A stretch of DNA of 48,490 nt, the filler included, from Sphacelaria rigidula (taxonomy: Eukaryota): NCBI GenBank assembly GCA_964200075.2. It is 3 parts of 3 records of this genome, joined end to end, with 100 filler letters (N's around TTAATTAATTAA, not from the genome) between each part and the next. Parts side by side here need not be neighbours in the genome. Positions count along the whole stretch, not along the records: positions 32,402 to 48,490 come from CAXNAA020001488.1; 2 more parts are not named here. One strand, 5' to 3'. The notes under the pieces are model-generated. The model saw nothing but the letters and a program-made list of their open reading frames with translations, did no database searches and was not told where the DNA came from. The translations under genes and the position numbers were made by a program. This document shows positions 45,888-48,490 of this stretch, one piece after another; within the stretch, counting starts at the first letter, position 1, and every line of letters begins with the position of its first letter.

Positions 45888-46647
45888 GGCGGGGTCTTAT
45901 CAGAAGTGATTATCACTCTTACAAAAATCACTTTTGCAGAAGTGATTGCTCCCACAACGACCAGTGCTGAGTCTTATCGACAAGCAGTTTTGTCCAGATC
46001 GAAGCTCCGGTACAAAAATGCGGCGGCCCTGGAAGTGGCCGTCAGTCCAATATTTCTGTCCTGCTGCGGACAAGACGCAACGAGGTAGAACAGCGCCGAC
46101 ACACCGAGCCACGAAAACCAACGCATAGACACCCACCACTCACGCGCATTAGCTCAAGCGCTGACATCTACACACGGCAGTTTTTCTTCGACGGAAATTT
46201 GTTCAGCGTTGGATTAGAGGCGGCCGCGTGCGTGTCAAGTAGCAACCGAAAACGTGCCGTTGCTAACTGTTTGTGAGCGTTTGCTGTCTGCGCGTCTCAC
46301 GCAAATTATCATTTCTCGTTGAATTCTGCGCCGATTTGAGCAAGGTCACGCATAGCATGCTCAGCTGATGAGCAGCAATGAATGGAGCGGTATGTTTTGG
46401 TTTGCGAGGGCAATGGGACCCTCAGGTTCACGTTTGATTGTGTTGACGTGTCTGTCAAACCTTCGGTTATGCCCCTGTCAACGGGACGTTTTATATTCCC
46501 GTTCGAGGTGTCACCAAATCACTTGTGCATAAGTGATTTTGTGACACTTTTTGGGGGGTGGGGGTGGTATCGTAACAACCAATCATCAGTCGTTCTTTAC
46601 AAAAGTGATTCCTTGAAAAGTGATATCACTTCTGATAAGACCCCGCC
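45888..46647. mobile_element. PIF/Harbinger-type non-autonomous element, 760 bp
   Basis: Perfect 23-bp TIR GGCGGGGTCTTATCAGAAGTGAT, 3-bp TSD TGA on both sides, subterminal AAGTGAT/ATCACTT repeats. Confidence 0.85.
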
Positions 46648-46776
46648 TGACCACGGGCTGGATTGTTGCAATCAGCTTATGTGAGATAATCAATCAACTT
46701 ATAAACCGACCGAGCCAAAACCTACGGCATATCCTCGGAAAGAAAACCCTCGAAAAGAAAATATTGGACCCAGGCT

Positions 46777-48270
46777 AGGGCTGTATGTCAACTCATAAAT
46801 CAGGGTTGATTTTGATTCAAAAGTTGATCTGATTTATATCAACAATCATATCAGCGCGTCGCTGATTAGTTGATTCATACCAACTAATCAACTGAAATCA
46901 ACTGGTCAAAATAACTTCATTAACTTGATTAGTTGATTTTTCCCAGGAACTAAAGAGTCGTTTGCGTCGTGTAACGTTTTTTTTTGTCTGAGGCGCAACC
47001 GTTGATCGACGGATATGTCTACTCATCGACTCTACTCCCGAAAAGACGCTAGCAACGGTGAACACATAGTAGCACACAGCATACTGTACAGCACACCGCA
47101 CGCCACGTAGCGGCGCACTTTAGCAGCATACTGCGGGGCACACGGAACTTGACACAAGGAGGGTGTTTTTTCTTGTTTTTTTTCCGAGGAAGACGTGGCC
47201 AAGGAGGGCGGTGCTCTAGGGTGGTGAGCAGAGGCACAACGGGTGTATCCTCACGCCTCCATCTGCTGCGTGCAAATGCGTGTTCTCCGTGGGCGGTCTT
47301 GTGGTAACGAAGACCCGAAACCGCCTTAGTGGGGATCGGGTAGTAGACGTCGTGTTCCTACACGGAAGCATGAAACACGACCTCTGGTAGGCATCACTGT
47401 TATCTTGCCTCGTAGAAATTACTGCTGGGCCTGTCTGGAAAATGTACCGCTGCTGTTCACGTTTTTACTGTGGTTTACACGGAAGACGTCCGAGTCAGAT
47501 GCCCAGTACAGCACTGCGCAGATACCGGAATTACTTTTTAATGTGAAGACAACAACAACAACAACAACAACAACAACTGCAGTGAGAGAGGGTGTCTTCA
47601 AGGACTACTTTCAGGAGCGGGGAGGGAAACGAAAATTCGCGCGCATATCGCATGGTTGAATGCTGTTGTATCACAACATCGTCCACCACGCATAGCATGA
47701 CATTTTGTGGTGATACCCGCATCGCGTCAATATTTTTTCTCGTCAGGCACATCCGCAAGGCGACATCGCATATATACGGAGTAATGTATAATATGAGCTG
47801 CTAATATTCAACAAGGAGCTTTATCGATACGCGAGTGCAATCTGGGTACCACTTTCGTTTGTTTTTGCCAGACAGGTTTGAGGCGAACATGTTTCATATT
47901 TAGGAGTGCTTCGAAGTAGAATACAGCAGCGGTGGTGCAAGAAGACGGGGTGGTTGAGTACCGATGTAGCAGTTTGAGCTACATTTTTTTAACACAAGAC
48001 TGCTGCGCTGCTGCTGTGGGCGTGTGTATGCGTGCTCGTGTGCTCGTACACTGTTACAGGACGAAATGCAGCCGATTTTTGGCTTGTCCGCTGCTTCAAT
48101 TCCACCGAAAAAACAATTCCACCGAAAAAACAGTTCATCATGGTCAGTTGATTGATTGACGTGTTGTTGATTAGTTGATACTTAAATCAACTAATCATGA
48201 TGAAATCAAGCCAATCCGGAAGAAAAAATCAAGTCTCAAATCAACAACTAAAAACGGTTGATACAGGCTG
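46777..48270. mobile_element. Possible non-autonomous DNA transposon with ATCAAC/GTTGAT-rich ends
   Basis: Dense ATCAAC/GTTGAT motifs at about 46780-46940 and 48140-48265; weak terminal match (CTGTAT..CAAC); no TSD found. Confidence 0.4.
47549..47577. repeat. (ACA)n microsatellite
   Basis: About 9 perfect units. Confidence 0.9.
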
Positions 48271-48490
48271 GGCCGCCTAAGCTCACCTTCCTTCAGCCCG
48301 TTCTAACTGACGATGTATCGCGAGTTGTGCCTACTATGACACATCGTGGTAGTCGGCAAATCGGCACGCGCCTTCAAATCCATGTAGCACTGCGATCCGA
48401 CAAGGTCTCGTCAAACGAAATACTAAACTGTAGTCAAGTGCGAAAGTGTAGAGAGTCGAGGGTGCTATGTGCGGCAGAATTAGCCAAGAG

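Noticed and set aside
45235-48269. 3-kb hAT-like element bounded by CAG(G/C)CTGTATCAA
   Set aside because: 13-bp match with one mismatch but no TSD; could be ends of separate copies.

Overview
Eukaryotic, intron-rich DNA, most likely a brown alga or other photosynthetic stramenopile (inferred from gene structure and a signal-peptide+Phe plastid-targeting motif). The window is three contigs joined by artificial 100-bp spacers (N44-TTAATTAATTAA-N44 at 16107-16206 and 32302-32401), so adjacency across them is not proven. Contig 1 (1-16106) has the 5' part of a minus-strand RAD5/HLTF-like SNF2 helicase gene: 14 phase-consistent exons, 1192 codons, one GC-AG intron. It lies head-to-head (208 bp) with exon 1 of a probable plastid-targeted GNAT-like protein. 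Its introns hold a tRNA-derived SINE, a MITE and a probable piggyBac relic. Contig 2 (16207-32301) is almost entirely a 14.2-kb degenerate Ty3/Gypsy LTR retrotransposon with a 4-bp TSD, inserted in a MITE. It has a very long gag, PR-RT-RH-IN, a chromodomain followed by a Tudor-like module, mosaic LTRs and two nested 248-bp MITEs. Contig 3 (32402-48490) has the S1-S5 part of a minus-strand KCNH/CNG/plant-Shaker-type cation channel gene and a dense nest of non-autonomous DNA transposons (MULE, Harbinger, foldbacks). All calls are from manual reading; no searches were run.
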